From contig CM022674.1 in NCBI GenBank assembly GCA_012295275.1, forward strand, positions 1,736,001 to 1,800,000: a stretch of DNA of 64,000 bases, in the 5' to 3' direction. Positions within the stretch are counted from its first letter, which is position 1. The number at the start of each line of letters is the position of its first letter. The position numbers and the translations under genes were made by a program. Below the pieces are notes generated by a model. The model was not told where the DNA came from and made no database searches. It worked only from the letters and a program-made list of their open reading frames with translations. Below, piece by piece: positions 16,481-33,310 of the stretch. This stretch comes from Chrysomallon squamiferum. Its lineage: Eukaryota; Animalia; Mollusca.

Positions 16481-17058
16481 GATAGACAGGCTGATAAACT
16501 GAACTTGATAGAGAGACAATCGAACAAAACGAATCAAAACAAAAACGAACAAAAACAAATAATTAAATAAAATAAAATCCTGAAATTACACCCTGGCTAC
16601 AAATAATACTAATCTGGACATGAGCGGGAACAGAGCCTGTGACCTGTCGCGCCTGGAGCTGATTTTGTCGCACGGCAGATAGGAAAATGTGAAATATATT
16701 AATATTTTTATACGTCGTATCTGCTTCATAACAGAGAGATAAAACGTGAACTCCTCGCTATCGTTTTCCCTCGGGGCAAACTAAGACTTATGTCCGACGC
16801 CTTACAAAAGAATCAAAACAAAAATACACGCGTACGTATTTATTTCTTTCTTTCTTTAGTATATTTTTTTTTTTTGTTATCTATTTGTTTGTTGATTTTA
16901 ACTGATTCGAGATTTGTTAGATTTGTTGTTATAGTTTTTATCTTGTTTTTTTTTTTTTCTTTTTTTTTTGTTATCTGGTTAAAGACCCCCGAAGGTGGAA
17001 TAAAAAAAGATCGTGAAAGAAATACATTGTGTTATATCTCGACAACAACAACACCAGC

Positions 17059-17091
<33 letters not shown>

Positions 17092-17474
17092 AATAATAAT
17101 AATAATAATAATAAAAATAATAAATAATAATAACAAAAATAATGATAATAATAATAAAAATAATAATAACAACAAAATCTGTTGACTCAAAACCTTCCCA
17201 ACGACTTGTGTCAATCTGTTTATTGATTTCTACCCCTCCCCTCCTAAGCTCTCTACAGGTACCGCCTCTGGACACCATAAACGTTTCAGCAATCAGCTAT
17301 CCCATCATTCAGATCGGCAAAAATGACCCGGGGTCAGAGGTGAAATGTGAAAAACTGCTGAAAGTAAAACTGCCTGGTATCTGTAGAAGATTGCCGTCTG
17401 CTTCAGACGTAGTCGTAGCTGAGTGAAAAACTACGTCTCTGAGTACAAGTTTTTCACTCAGAAGGCCAAATTCA

Positions 17475-17531
<57 letters not shown>

Positions 17532-18289
17532 TAATAATAGTAACTTAGTCAAAATCTGGGCCTGCTTAGTTAATCTGTATTGCATAATACGGTCAGGTTA
17601 AGTTTTATAGATCACGTTTTCAGTTACTTGCGTAGGTCATCACTCATTTAAGTCGTTGAAGAATAGGTCATTACGTTAGCCTTTACCATATGGGTCACTT
17701 AGTTAATGAACAAATCGCTTAGTTAACCTCAAAAAAAAAAAAAAAAAAACACTGATCTTTTCGCTATCCTTTAGCATGGTTTTTATAGTCCTAACTGAGC
17801 TTTCCTGTACAAGTCGCTTAGTTGACCTTTACGATAGAGGTCATTAGGTTATGAATTAATGGGTTACGCAGTTATTTAAATAATAACTCGTCAAGCAGCT
17901 TAGTTAAATACATCTCTGAATGTCGCTAATTCTTTTGTAAATGAGTTACAATCTGCATGTCTACGTGTATGTTCCTTAGGTCACATAACAGAGGCGGTAT
18001 TTCGTTAATCACTTAGTCATATGAAACTGCATAGGCCACGTGATCACACAATCAAACAATACGTCATAGTCGACGATGACGTCACAAGAATTTAAAACAA
18101 TTTACTTATGACTACATAATAACGTAAGCGTTGATCAGCATACAAATAATTTACGTTATTTCATTATTGGATTAAATGTTGTACGTAGAAAAGTAAAAAT
18201 CGATTAGTAACTAAAGAGATAATTAACAGATAAGTAAATTAAACTCTACTGCTTATATTATTTATTGTGGCTTTGTTAGTTAAATCCTT

Positions 18290-18605
18290 TATTGATCATT
18301 TGGTTAAAAACAACAACAACAACAAAAAAAACTTAGGTCAATAAATTAAATGAAAAAAATGTTCGTCAGTTGGTTAAATAATATTTAATATATCGGTCAT
18401 AAAATGATACATAGTAGATTGGCTAATTAATCTATACTTCACTGATCAGTTGATTAAATAACACATATTGTATAGGTCATTGAGTGATACAACATAGGTC
18501 AATTAACTGATCTATACGTCGTTCAGAATTCGGTTAAATAAACTTTAACGGATAGGTCATTAAAATATACAACGCAGATCAGATAATGGTTAAACTGATA
18601 TACAA
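18290..18605. repeat. Diverged 80-bp-period minisatellite
   Basis: g(g/a)ttaaataa recurs at 18372, 18452 and 18532, each followed by ..ggtcat..atac. Confidence 0.7.
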
Positions 18606-19363
18606 TTAAACTGTGTTTATTAATTAATTAATTCTTCAAAACGATACTTCATTAGGTACTCGATAAACCGAATTATGTTGAAGATATTTTCAAACCAGCA
18701 GTCTCTTCAGTTCTGATGATACATTTCGTCATATGGAAAAGTTGTCTAGTGTTTTATTCATTCAATTGCTTCAACGAAACAAAACAACGCAAAAACCACG
18801 GTTCATGAATCAAAACACGGAAATCATGAATTTCTGACGTCAAGACAAACACTAATGAAATACGTGCTTGATAATTAGATAAAAACAAAAACACATAAAT
18901 AAATAAATAAATAAACAGACAAATAAATAAATAAATAAATACCATCAGGGACAAACAACAGCCAAAGGAATAAATTAAAAAAAAAAAAAAAAACGATAAG
19001 AAAAAAAACGATAGAGAGAAAAAAACGAATAGCAACAACAACAATAAAAACAGCAACAATAACAATGACGACGACAACTACAACAAAATAACAACATTCT
19101 TCGCCACATCAGTGATAACAACGATTACAATACAGTAGCGTTAATTCAGCAACATTAACTGCTGCTGCTACTATTACTATTACTACTACTACTCATAATA
19201 ATAACAACAACAACAACAATAATAACAACTACGACGACGACGAATACTAATAATGATGATAATATAACAACAAGAACAGTACGAGTTATGATGACGACAT
19301 AGATAACAACAACAAACAGAGAAAAAAAAAGGAAATAAGAACCATAGCTACTATAAGAACAAC

Positions 19364-19405
<42 letters not shown>

Positions 19406-19917
19406 TATCATCATCAGATTAAATCACACCAAATCCGCTAAAACTTGGTTAAATAAATAATTTACTTAAAGAACTTATCTTAAACCAAACTAAAAAAATT
19501 AAAAATATAAAGAGTTCAAAAAAAAAAAAAAAAAATCCACATTTCTAATCACAAAACACTTCTTTTACAAATCCTAAAGTAAACAACGAAGGCACTTTTG
19601 GCGACGAGTGACGTCATAAATGTCGGGACGCGTGGTTATTAATACCGTTTTAAAATGACGTCATTAAGCTGTGGTAACCTGGATACGAAGAGGTCTGGGA
19701 GTAAAAACGAAACGAAACAAAACAAAAAAAGTCGCGGGTGGTTTTGGGATCGGGAAGGGTCAGCAGTGATGAAAATAGCCGACTCAACAAACGTTTCTCA
19801 GATAACCAACAAACCCAGGTATTCGGTGAGTGCACCGCGGTACACGGTGGCCTACAATTGTTCGTTATACGTATCAGCTATCAGAGGGCATCCCATTTTT
19901 TTACCCTGAACGAGGAC

Positions 19918-20006
<89 letters not shown>

Positions 20007-20505
20007 CAAATAAAAAAAAAAAAAATTTTTCTGTTGTTCTTTTAGACATTATTAATTTTTTTTCTCGGTTTAATATGCATTTTTCGTGCATTTTTCATGC
20101 ATATTCCGTCGTCAGAATATGTAATCTCTTTCTATTTCTCTATTTCTCTGTCCGACTGTCTGTCTATCTGTATATCTTTATATCTCTTTTTGTTTTATCT
20201 GTCTCCGTCATTCGTTTATACTTTCTTTCCATTTCTGTGACATTTCTTTCTGATATACTTTCTCTTTTTCTCTCGGAAACACATACGCACAGACGCACAA
20301 ACGCACGCACACAAACTTCACAGATAAACATACAAATATGAAAAGAAAAATCTGCATAAATGAACAGAAATAAAAAAAAAAAAAAAAATAAAATAAATAA
20401 AATAAATAAATAAACAATAAACAATAAACAAACAAACAAACAAACAAACGTACAAATAAATAAATAAACAAATAAATAAATAAACAAATAAACAAATAAA
20501 ACAAA

Positions 20506-20544
<39 letters not shown>

Positions 20545-21000
20545 ACAAATAAAATAAATAAACATTGAACTATTTCTTAATTCACCTAAGAGATCAATTT
20601 CAAGCAGTAAATATATATTTATTTTTTTTCGGAAACCAGAAGCTAGAAAAGAAACACAATATTTTTTCTCGTGATGATTTTGGATTGGTCGAAACCTTCC
20701 CCATCAGAAATTTGATACCTTAATACCAGAAGAAATCTCTGTGCCGTTTAATATAACGTTCGGTTTCGAATACGAGAATACATCGATATCAAAACGTTAG
20801 TAGAAGATATTGTTTCATTGCGGGTTAGTTTTGAATGATGTCTGAAGGTCTACCGGTCACGTGATATCGTAATTAAATTCTTACTATTAAAGCCGGCTTA
20901 CAAACAGTTTGCAGTTTGACTGGTTGGATTAAGATATTTGTCAGTCTGTGTTCAAACATCGTCCTGAGACTCGATGTGTGGAAATAATGTATATGGTTTG

Positions 21001-21018
21001 ATGATGATAATAATAATA

Positions 21019-21098
<80 letters not shown>

Positions 21099-21167
21099 AA
21101 TAATAATAAGACGAAGAAGAAGAAAAGTAGATTAAGAACTGAGCATTATTATTATTATTATTATTAT

Positions 21168-21223
<56 letters not shown>

Positions 21224-21280
21224 ATTTATCTATTTATCATATCTTCTATCTATCTGTCTATCTATCTATCTGTCTATCTC

Positions 21281-21370
<90 letters not shown>
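21001..21370. repeat. Compound (GAT)n/(ATT)n/(ACT)n/(CTAT)n/(CTGT)n microsatellite
   Basis: Direct inspection. Confidence 0.95.
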
Positions 21371-21372
<2 letters not shown>

Positions 21373-22039
21373 CCGGTCTGTCGTTTTCGTTGTCTATCAC
21401 ACTCTCTTTCTTTGTTTCTTTCTTGCTTTCTTTCAGTTTTATACATCTATTGACATTTTTTTGTATATTTTTATTTTTATGTTTTTGAGTTCATGTTAAA
21501 ACACTAAAAATTGTTACGTCTGCAGATGTCAGTTAATCTGCTGCGCACGCATAAATAAAATATGATTTCCGGTGCAAAAGAAAACGTTATTGCTAGTAAA
21601 AATGTTTAATTATGTCGCAAAATATAAACATTTTCAAAACCAAGTTTTTTTTCATTTTTTAACAGTTAATATATTACTGGGCAACTTATTTTGTACAATA
21701 CTCACGAACAAGCAGTCTACTAAAAGAAAGTATTGTGATTTGTAAATACAGGCAAACAAAACGAACACTTTGCTTAAACACATAATAATTATCAAGAATC
21801 ATTAATTTCTAAACGTATTAAAACGAAACAACGTGCAAGCAGATACAAATTAAAAACTGAAAATAAGCTGTGCAAAACGTTCACACATATTTTGCATCAC
21901 GCGAAGATAACTCTTTGAGAGTCTATATCTGACCCAACCAGTGTTAAAAAAATGAATTATCAAAGAATATGGTAATATTTTATTTTTTTACTGTTTTGGG
22001 GAAGGTGTATTTATAATATACTTTATCGCTAATTTACCT

Positions 22040-22540
22040 TGACCACAAAACTAAACCAGTAGTCTAAATAAAGTAGGACTACGGGACCATACTTCTTTAA
22101 TAGCATAAACGAAGGGACCAGTCCTAAAAACCAAGATAAACTAGGACCGTACAACCAAACATTTAAATAAGAAGAAACCAGGGAAAATAAGAAAAACTAG
22201 GACGTCGGACAATATTGTCGAAAATCATGAAAAATTGGGACCAGAGGACCAAAACATCTAAATAAAGGTAAGCCAAGACAATACATGACAATACATCTAG
22301 ACCAGAACTGCCTATTCCACAGGTTAACTAGGACTAGGACACATGACAACATATCTAAAACAAACAAGGACCCCTAGAACCATATATTTCAGACTAGACA
22401 AATCAGGACCACAGGACCAGTATCTAAAAACAAAATGGTTAACACAGCACAACGTACATGAAATGAATGAGTGCAATACAGGACCACAGGACCATAGGAG
22501 CACAGGACCACCAGGACCACAGGACCACCAGAACACAGAA
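22040..22540. repeat. Degenerate GGACCA-core minisatellite
   Basis: Many ggacc/aggacca cores, tightening into ~9-bp caggaccac units at 22478-22530. Confidence 0.7.
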
Positions 22541-22989
22541 CCACTGATTTAAGCCGTCATAAACCAATCATGATGATTACGTTTGCTTTCTCTGACTCTC
22601 TGAAATTTATTTTTGTTGTTGTTTGTCTTAATGTCAGTGATAGGAGAAGAGATTTCACGCTCGTTGCCCGAGGCGCTCTGTTTCTCTCTGTCTCTCTTTC
22701 TCTCTCTTTAAACTGGCCGCCAACTTTGTGTTTTTATTATTGATATAAAACATTGGGCTGCGACAACAAACTTTGGACACTGTAGATGTCAAGATAACGT
22801 AGGCATAAATAATCTTATATCAGCAGTTTTTTCGAAACTTTTGCAAAACAATAGCAATAACAACAACAATAATATATATATGTATATATATATATATATA
22901 TATGCAAAATTTGCTTATGTATATGATGCATAATATGTCCTTGTTTGAATTTACTTAAATGCATACTTCATGGGTGCATATTCAATTGC

Positions 22990-23430
<441 letters not shown>

Positions 23431-23937
23431 AAAATCAAGATAAGCCGATATCACAGATAGCTGAATTGCTCCCACTGGATACGAAGATAAAATTTGTTTT
23501 ACACAAATAATAAATGAACCAAATACAAATACACTAAGACACATGACTGTGACACAGCCAGATACATTAAATAAAATAACACACACGAATCTCTACTTGT
23601 GTTGTTTGTAACATTGCAATGATTTGTTATAACGTAGTTTCGTTTTCACTTTCGTCTAGACGTCAAAGGTTAGATATAAACAAACAGTTTTATATATAAA
23701 TAAATAAAAAGTATTAGTTTTTTGTCCTGAAAATAAAACAAGTAAATAGAATACACAAGCGACTGATTACCCGTAGAGCAGATTTTTCGCTTCAGAAATC
23801 CCGTCTAAATGACGTTTGCATGTTTTTAAAAACGCGAGTGTCGATAATAATAATAATAACGAAAACACAACACAACCAAAAAAAAAAAAATAAAATAACA
23901 ACACAGCGTCTAAAATAAAATAAAACAAACTACTCAC

Positions 23938-24017
23938 GACGTTGTTGGCGACACGGGTGCCGTCGTCACTGCACCTCCGGTGGGGACCAACGCCGTCAGT
24001 TCGTTCAGCAGATGCAT
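23938..24017 (-). CDS. Putative alternative first coding exon (distal) of an unidentified second gene continuing left of the window
   Basis: Lies in a CpG-rich island. AAT-ATG at 24017, MHLLNELTALVPTGGAVTTAPVSPTT then TC|gtgagt (80 nt, phase 2). GTCACGTGAC at 24150-24159 and TGACGTCA at 24332-24339 lie upstream. Confidence 0.5.
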
Positions 24018-24099
24018 ATTCCTTTTGCTGGCTGAGAGAAGAACACGCGAGCAAGGAAGAGACAGACAGACAGAGAGAGAAGACACACTCACACACACT

Positions 24100-24360
24100 G
24101 TGTGGCAAAACCCCGCGTGACAGCTCGAGCCTCGAGCGTGCCTCAGCGTGTCACGTGACCGAGAACTTGCCGCTGGCGATTCAGTGTCAGATCTGTACGA
24201 CAGCGGGCCGGGACGAGATATGTCGTATACTTTACTTTACTTTACTTACTCGCGAACTTGAGTCCCGTTAGTGAAAACATCACAATACTTTTAACGTCAA
24301 ACTTGGCGAACCGCGATAAGTGCCGTGTCTATGACGTCACAGATGTAACGTCATATTGAC
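24100..24360 (-). promoter_or_regulatory. Putative CpG-rich promoter with CLEAR/E-box and CRE
   Basis: GTCACGTGAC 24150-24159, TGACGTCA 24332-24339, high CpG density, directly upstream of the candidate exon. Confidence 0.45.
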
Positions 24361-24436
24361 TATGCTGAGTGCTGTCCTTAAGTTCTATTACATATAGGCA
24401 ACTCAGTTTTTAAACTGTAATATTGCACCTAAAATC

Positions 24437-24477
<41 letters not shown>

Positions 24478-24598
24478 AGTATTTATTCTTAAATTATAAT
24501 AATAACAACAACAATGTATATGCTATTAAATGCCTCACATCCAATATCTAATGATAGAAAATTATTCAGTCTACTGCAAATGGAATAATTAAATAAAG

Positions 24599-24686
<88 letters not shown>

Positions 24687-25148
24687 TAAATTATCCTCAT
24701 CATTACTATTATTATAACTTATATCCACAAATAAACAGGAAAACAAAAAGTAATGATTTGAAGAAAATTTAGAATAGCCTAAACGTTTTGAGTTATGGAA
24801 ATAACATTTAATTAATGACGTAAATAATATTATGACGTATGCATTTTTTTTTATTTCCTTCAATATTACACTCCTTTCTTCCTTCATTCTGCCTATCCTC
24901 TTTTCCTTTATTCCTATTGTTTTAACTAAATACTGATGCCGTCTGCCTTTTTAATAGAAGGAACTGTGACTGGATTAAATGAACAAAACAAATAAATAAA
25001 ATATATTAAACAAAATAATAATAATAAATTAAGATAAAAGCAAATGAATTAAGGAAAGTAGAACAATCTAAAAACGAAATGTTGATGCGGGTTATAATAA
25101 AGAAGAAGATTATGATGATGATGACGATGATGATGATATAGATGACAC

Positions 25149-25200
<52 letters not shown>

Positions 25201-25909
25201 GATAAAGAAATCGTTGTTGCCATAATTACAGCTGTCATAACGTCTTTTATTTATTCATTCATTGATTTAGTCTTTCTCTCTTTCATTCATTCATTTATTC
25301 ATGCTTTCGTTCACTTTTTAAACAAATTAACTCACTCATTCTTTCATTCATTCATTCCTTCTTTCCTTTACTTTTTTTTTATTCATCTAAATACTTCTAT
25401 CATTCTAACACTGTTAGTCTGATACGATCCGACGACCTTCCCTGTTTTAACAACCCAGCGCCAGCTGGTGTAAAGAGGCAGCAGTCTCTTTCTCGTTTTC
25501 AAACAACAGAGATTAAAATCAGTTTGAGTGTGATTCCAAATTTTAACACAACAGCTCTAACCAGCCGACAGTACACTGTCAGATTTATTGTCGAGGTGAG
25601 AAATTCAGGTGATTGTGAAATTTCACAACAAGAATTTTTCAGTTCTGTTTTTCTTTCGTAATCAAGGGAGACAAACACGTACTCGGCTTTTGAAAGATGA
25701 AAAGATGAAATCGCGTCGTTAAAAACGCATCCAGTACATTTGTTGTTTTTGTTGGTTTTGTTTGTTTGTTTGTTCTTTTATTGTTTTTTTATTGGTTATT
25801 TTTTATGTCATTGCTGGTATTGTTGTTGTTTTAAATTTTTCGTATTTATTTATTTATTTTTATAATAATAAAATAATAATAATAATAATTATTATTATTA
25901 TTATTATTA

Positions 25910-25948
<39 letters not shown>

Positions 25949-26664
25949 TACTATTACTATTGTTATTATTTTTATTTATTTATTTACTTATTTTTATTTT
26001 ATTTTATTTTGTTTTATTTTATTTCATTTTTTATTAATTTTTTTTTTTACTCTTTTTATTTTGTTATTTATTTTATTTTGTTTCTGTTGTTGTTGGAGTC
26101 TACGACTATATATGACTGTATTTCTTGTTAAAACCCCACAGATAATAAAAAGTCAATACCCGACCCATTCATTGAAAGACCAACATTTTATGACAACAGC
26201 GAAGTACTTTTTATATTCACTTTTCTTAAGTAACACAAAAACAAAATAAATTATCTTAGTATATGAGCTGCAATGGGAAAAAAACCGCACTGAAGTCATT
26301 AAGCAGTTTCGATCCGACAACCTGAAATACTTCAAGCCTGTCTCCAGTCACTGTACAACAACAGCCTGCTCCTTTCCATGACTCGAACCTGATACCTACG
26401 GAATAGAAATACACGATCTGAAATACACAGAAGGTCAAAGGTCAAAGGTTTCTACAGGTGGATATTTCAGATCATTACTGTAACAGATTTCTGTCCATAT
26501 AATGGACCAACAATCTTTGTAAACATCTAACTTCTGCTTCTGGCGAACATTTTAATGACTCGAAAAATAGATACAGATCTGATATTTTTGGATGTTTACG
26601 ATTTTAAATGGAAATAATTTGTCACTTCAGCAGTTTGGTGTATTTCAATTTCCAAACACCTTGT

Positions 26665-26777
<113 letters not shown>

Positions 26778-27961
26778 CACACACACACACAACACACACA
26801 CATAGCTAAAGTAATCACATACTCGCATAACACGTTTGCTAATACAAACAGTCACCTTCAAATACATTATATGCACATTCGAGGAATGGGTTCGTATGGA
26901 TTTATAACATTTATATATATTCGTTCATTCATGGCATGACTGCACAGTAAGGAGATATATTCTTTTGTTTGCTGATCTGTGTATTATTATTATTATTATT
27001 ATTTCTGCTGTTGTTGTTGTTGCTGCTGCTGCTACTGTTGCTGCTACTGCTATGATGGTGATGTACACGTGTAATTATTACTTTTCTTTAGTTATTATGT
27101 TTTAAACAATGTACATACATTTAAATTATAACTATCCAGTTATTAAATATGCAATAACTATTGCCATATCACAACACTGTTTTGACTGTTTGTGTCTCTG
27201 AATATTTGTCAAAAATAGTTTCGAACTGTTGAGCGTAAGTTATGAAAAGTAGTTTGAAAATATTTCAGGAGTGATCTGTGTTATAAGTAGCATTACTTCG
27301 TAATCTACTTTAATTAATTACTTGTCACTTTAAAAAAAAAAAAAAAAAAAGAAGAAGATTTTTCATATTTTATTCTCATTTAGTAACAGAGAAGGATATT
27401 CACGAACGCACTTACATACACACTCACACAGACACACAAAACAGACACAAATACATACACACACATGCAAACACACACTGAAAGACCCAAGTACACACAC
27501 ACACACACACATACACAAACACACACACACGCGAAAAACCTTTCCTATAGTTAATAAATACACCAAAAAGTACCTTACAAAAAACATCATGTATCCCGCA
27601 CACATGTGTGTGTACTAAAATAGAAGTGTATCTTCACAGACTAAGTACAGAAAGGTGGAGTGGGAAATACAATATTTTCGTTCTTGAACTGACTAACAGA
27701 TAACTCATAGGGGAAAGACGATACCGCGACAAGTCGCTGATATTAACTGATATCAGTTTTATTTTTACAGTCTAGCAAACAAGCTCATTTCAGTTACCCG
27801 ATAAACAGGGAGTTGTTGTTGTTTGTTTGTTTGTTGTTTTTTTTTTTAGGGAGGTTATGTGGGGGGTTTTGCAAGTTCTTTTTGTTCTTTTTTTTTCTTT
27901 TTTTTTTCTTTAATATCATTTTATTATTTTAAAAATTTTACACTTTTTATTATTATTTACT

Positions 27962-28091
<130 letters not shown>

Positions 28092-28716
28092 TGCAAGCAC
28101 GCACACACACACATACACACCCAAACACACATAAATATATATACTTTGGGGTTTTTTAAAGTATTTTTCTTTTTCATTATATTTTCCATCTTCTTTGTTT
28201 CTGCTTTTTTATGTGCAAGAGCCCATTTTTCATATAAATAAGTTACAGAATAAACAAATAAATAAATATAATAAATAAATAATATTAAAACAATCTTTTA
28301 AAAAAAAAAAAAAAAAAAAAAATTATTCCGTTCAATGACCCGCCATTTTATTGTCGTCTGCATAATTAAGCGGCGTATGCGCAGACACTGAAACACGCTT
28401 TTGGTAATAAAACACGTCAACGTGGCGGTGTGAAGACGTCACTCAAAAATGACGTTGTCTACGGCAGAGGCATTCCACAACAACAACAACTAGGGTAATA
28501 TGTTAGCAACGTGAACTTATATATAAAGACATTTCCTGAACAGAATTAGAAACTTTTCATAATAAAAGCTAAATTTAGCTAACACTGACATTTTTAGAAG
28601 TAAAATAATTAAAGAAGGGGCAGAAACACACTTTGTTTTTATCTATCTGTCTGACTGTCTGTCTGTCTGATTTTTTTGTGTGTCGCTGTACATTTGTTTT
28701 TGAGAAATATTTATAC

Positions 28717-28813
<97 letters not shown>

Positions 28814-29299
28814 TTACCTTCTAAATGTTTGGTTGCAAATATACAAAACATTTTCTTTCACACTCTGGCATTTGTCATAGGATGTCATTCTTTTTCCTGT
28901 GAGAAATAAAACAGAAATCATCTCTTCATGTTAGTTTATATATTAATATTTTATTGAGGTACGTATGCCTTTTAATCTACGTTTAATACGATAATCGATT
29001 TTAATATTATAACGATTATAATATGTATCATGTGAAGTTTATCATATCGATTATAATTTATATCGACGTGAAGTATATTGTATCGATTATCATTTACATC
29101 GATATGTCAAGTACGCAAAATCGACATACATTAGCTGATAAATATTTTTAATTTTTTATAAATGAAGTAATAAAAAAAAGACAGCAGCAACAACAGCAAC
29201 AGCAGCAACAACTACGTCAACGACGACGGCTTTAACGTTGACGATGATAATGATGATGATAATAATAACAATAACAATAACAACAACAACAACAACAAC

Positions 29300-29385
<86 letters not shown>

Positions 29386-30163
29386 TAATAATAATAACAA
29401 TAATTATTATTTCTAGACGCACTGTATTATTTCAGCTCACCAGGCTGACAGGTGAACATTTGTGAGTAACTGTGAGTTTTACCTGTAAGTCCGACAGGTA
29501 AAGTTTTATTGTTTCAGATCTCTGACACTTTACAACTTGATTAATTGTTTCCTTTCGCAAAAAAAAAAAAAAAAAAAAAAATAGCAACGACAACAAAACT
29601 GAATATTAAAAGTACTGTACGGACACCGAGTTCGTAAAGGGTACGTTGTAACCTCGTCACGTGACTGACTGGCTCGTGAAAGAATATTCTGGACTGAAAA
29701 TAAAATCAGTGTACGTCTTAAATGACGACTACGACAACGGCATTTCAGGAATTAACTGCACTGAATATGTGATAGCATGATGAGGGTATATAAAAAAATA
29801 ATAATAAAAAAATAGAATTAATAGAAATGTCAGAAAAACATAATGCAGGTGAATGAAGAAACAAACATGCATACACACCAAACTCAGACACACACAGAAA
29901 CGCACACACATACACAAATGAACACATATACACACAAAAACACACACAAATACACACATAAACACACACACAAACACACACAAACACATACATATAGACA
30001 CACAAACACTCATACACAGACACACACGAGATATATACGTTAACATCCTACGTACACAATGATATCAATAAGATCTAATTCCATGGTTGATGATTATTAA
30101 CAACGAAAACACCAACATTAAAAAGATCTAATCTTCTTGATGAGTGTGCGCGTGCATGCGATA

Positions 30164-30212
<49 letters not shown>

Positions 30213-30670
30213 TTCTTACAAACAACTAGTTATGTTGGGAATTTTTTCAAAACGTTCATTCATTCAGTCATTAATTCATCAGTATTAATCCATTCATTAG
30301 CATGTATAAATTAATCTTTGATTAAAAACAGACAAAATGCATTTTCTTAAAACAAATTTTAATGTCTTTTTTTTTGTTTATTTGAAAAATTCCTGTTATT
30401 AAAGGTAACAGAATCAACAAACACACAAAAGCGTAAAAAATCATTTTATTTCAGTTATTCCTCCAACATCCACAATTTAAAAATTTAAATATATATATTA
30501 TATATATATATATATAATATGGATAAAATATTTAAATGAGCAAAGATATATACAATAAAGATATTTAAGAAACACAGTGGGCAGATATCAAGATAACATC
30601 ACATATAAGGAATGGAAAATATTCTGGACAAAAAAAAAAAAAAAACCATAAATAAATAAATAAAAAAAAA

Positions 30671-30717
<47 letters not shown>

Positions 30718-31068
30718 AGAAATAAAGAAATAAATAAAGAAATAAAGAAAAAAACAGAAAAGAAAAAAAAAAACAGATGGCAGTTCAGATAATATACTAA
30801 TGATTACACCTATTACCTGCAGTATACAAAACTTTAAATATTTTTAATTGTACCCTTAAAGACCAGTCTGGAAATTTCTGAGTGTATTTTGTATGCTTCA
30901 TCATCGATGTATTAGATTTATGAGGTTCAATAACCGTCTTGACGGTAAATCATTTGACCCTTAAGATTTAACTAATCTGTTACCTTGTTAGATAATTAAC
31001 AAATAATCTCATATACATAATGACTAGGTTGTATATCTGTTTGTACATGTGTGTGTGTGAATGTGCAT

Positions 31069-31156
<88 letters not shown>

Positions 31157-33204
31157 GTAGGGAAAACATTATATTTATCTTTAGCAATAATTTATCTTTT
31201 GGAGAAATCTGTGCTTATTAACCGAAAAATATTATTAACTATATAAAAAGAGAAAAAAAATCTAGATTAATTTTTATTAATAAATAAACCTAGGTGCACA
31301 ATCACAACTCTTTAAAATGATCGTTATTTCTTGAGTAATAAAATGACGTTAAAAAGTAATATAAAAGTAACGACAAAGCAAATACAGTATTTTCAAATAT
31401 AACGACTGAGGTATAAAAATGTAAATTTTAAAACGACCTACAAAATAAATAATAAAAATTAAAAAAAACCTTAGGTATAGTGGTGGGAACAGAGAGCTTA
31501 CATATATTTTTTTGTACGTAAAAACCTTTTTCAAATTTGTGTCAAGACCTCCAAACTTAGTTAATAATAAAGTATGACACTAAAACAGTAAGTCCCAGAA
31601 TTTCATAGAGGCTGTCAGTTTCCTTGTTAATGATGTCGCTTCAAAAAAGTTCCAACAGACTGAGTAATCAGTTGCAAGTTAGATTTGTTTAAAGTTCTTT
31701 GAATAAGATTATTATTATTATTATTATTGCTGTTGTCGTCGTTGTTGTCCTGGTTGTTATTGTTACCTTTGTAACTATTATTATCAGTGTTGTTCTTGTT
31801 ATTAAAGTAAGTACAGTAGACATTTAATTATATAAAACTGATATGAAATATCAAACAGCAATAAGAACCTGTGACAGGTTTACAAATTATTTTCAACTAA
31901 CAAACTTTCCAAACTCTTTGTTATTCAGTTCACCATTAAACTTTTAAGTTAAAAAATAATATCTTCTACACATATATCTTTTAAAAAATATTTACGACAA
32001 TTTTAACTTCATAACCCACTCTTCATAACTTATTGTCTATCCCTCAGGTAATTTTATTACATTTATTTTAATAATATTCATATGTAAGGATGTTTGTTAT
32101 TCGTAGAAGCTCCTTCAAGCACAACCAATAAGCGGCGCGGTAACACCATATGATTATTACGTCACAGAAATAACACGTCACAGAAGTAATAATTACAGGT
32201 ATCCATTTGTTTAATGCGATTTTGAATAAAACGCTGATATTAACTGCTACCATGCTTTTTTTTTTTAATGAAAGATACAACATTTTTATTAACGAGTTTT
32301 AGAAATTCTCGCGTAAATGAGAGAGAGCGTTCGAACGTAACCACCGTTAACGAGATTACGTCACAGCAGGGAAGCCAATCAGCGACTAAAGAACCTGATG
32401 AAGTGTTACGTAATTTTGAGCTGCTGAAGAAATTAATAATCAATATGGATCCACATCTGAATAGCATTGGTGTAGTTTGCCGTAATTTAGAAAACAGACT
32501 GCAAGGAAAGAAAAAAGCCAAAGCTATTCAAAATACTGTTAATAATATTTTTTTATCATTAAAAAGTACACGATACTACTACTTTGTATTTACTAAACAT
32601 TAAAGCATTTTCTTTACAAAATAAGTATATATATATTTTTGTTCCTTCAGCATTTGATCGAATATCATTAACATTTTTACCGTTAATTATCATTGTATTT
32701 TATTATCGCGATTTCGATATATTCAGTAACATCGATAGATCAATTAATCGCGTTAATCAAAGGATACCTGTACAGTAGTTCTAATCTCCAGTAATATGAT
32801 TGCATCATAACTTAGCATACAATGGAAGTAAAATATTAAAAAATATATAATTCAATATGGTTGAAATAACAATGATAAAAATTATAGGAACGTTATACAG
32901 ATTCTAGACAACATTCCAACTTAAAAATTGAGGAGTATTTACAATAAATAATTAAATAAATTATTTTACATTTCATAAAACAAAACTGAGCAGTTACAAA
33001 CAATGAAAGTAAGAAACATTCACCTAAATAATGACGTTATATTTAAAATATTTCTAATTATATATTACATGATTATCATTATAATTATAAATATTATTAT
33101 TATTATTGTTGTTGTTGTTGTTGTTGTTATTATTATTATTATAGGTAGCAAAAATGTATAAATACTGTAAATTAAATTTGAACAAATGGATACAGATCTA
33201 TCTG

Positions 33205-33310
<106 letters not shown>

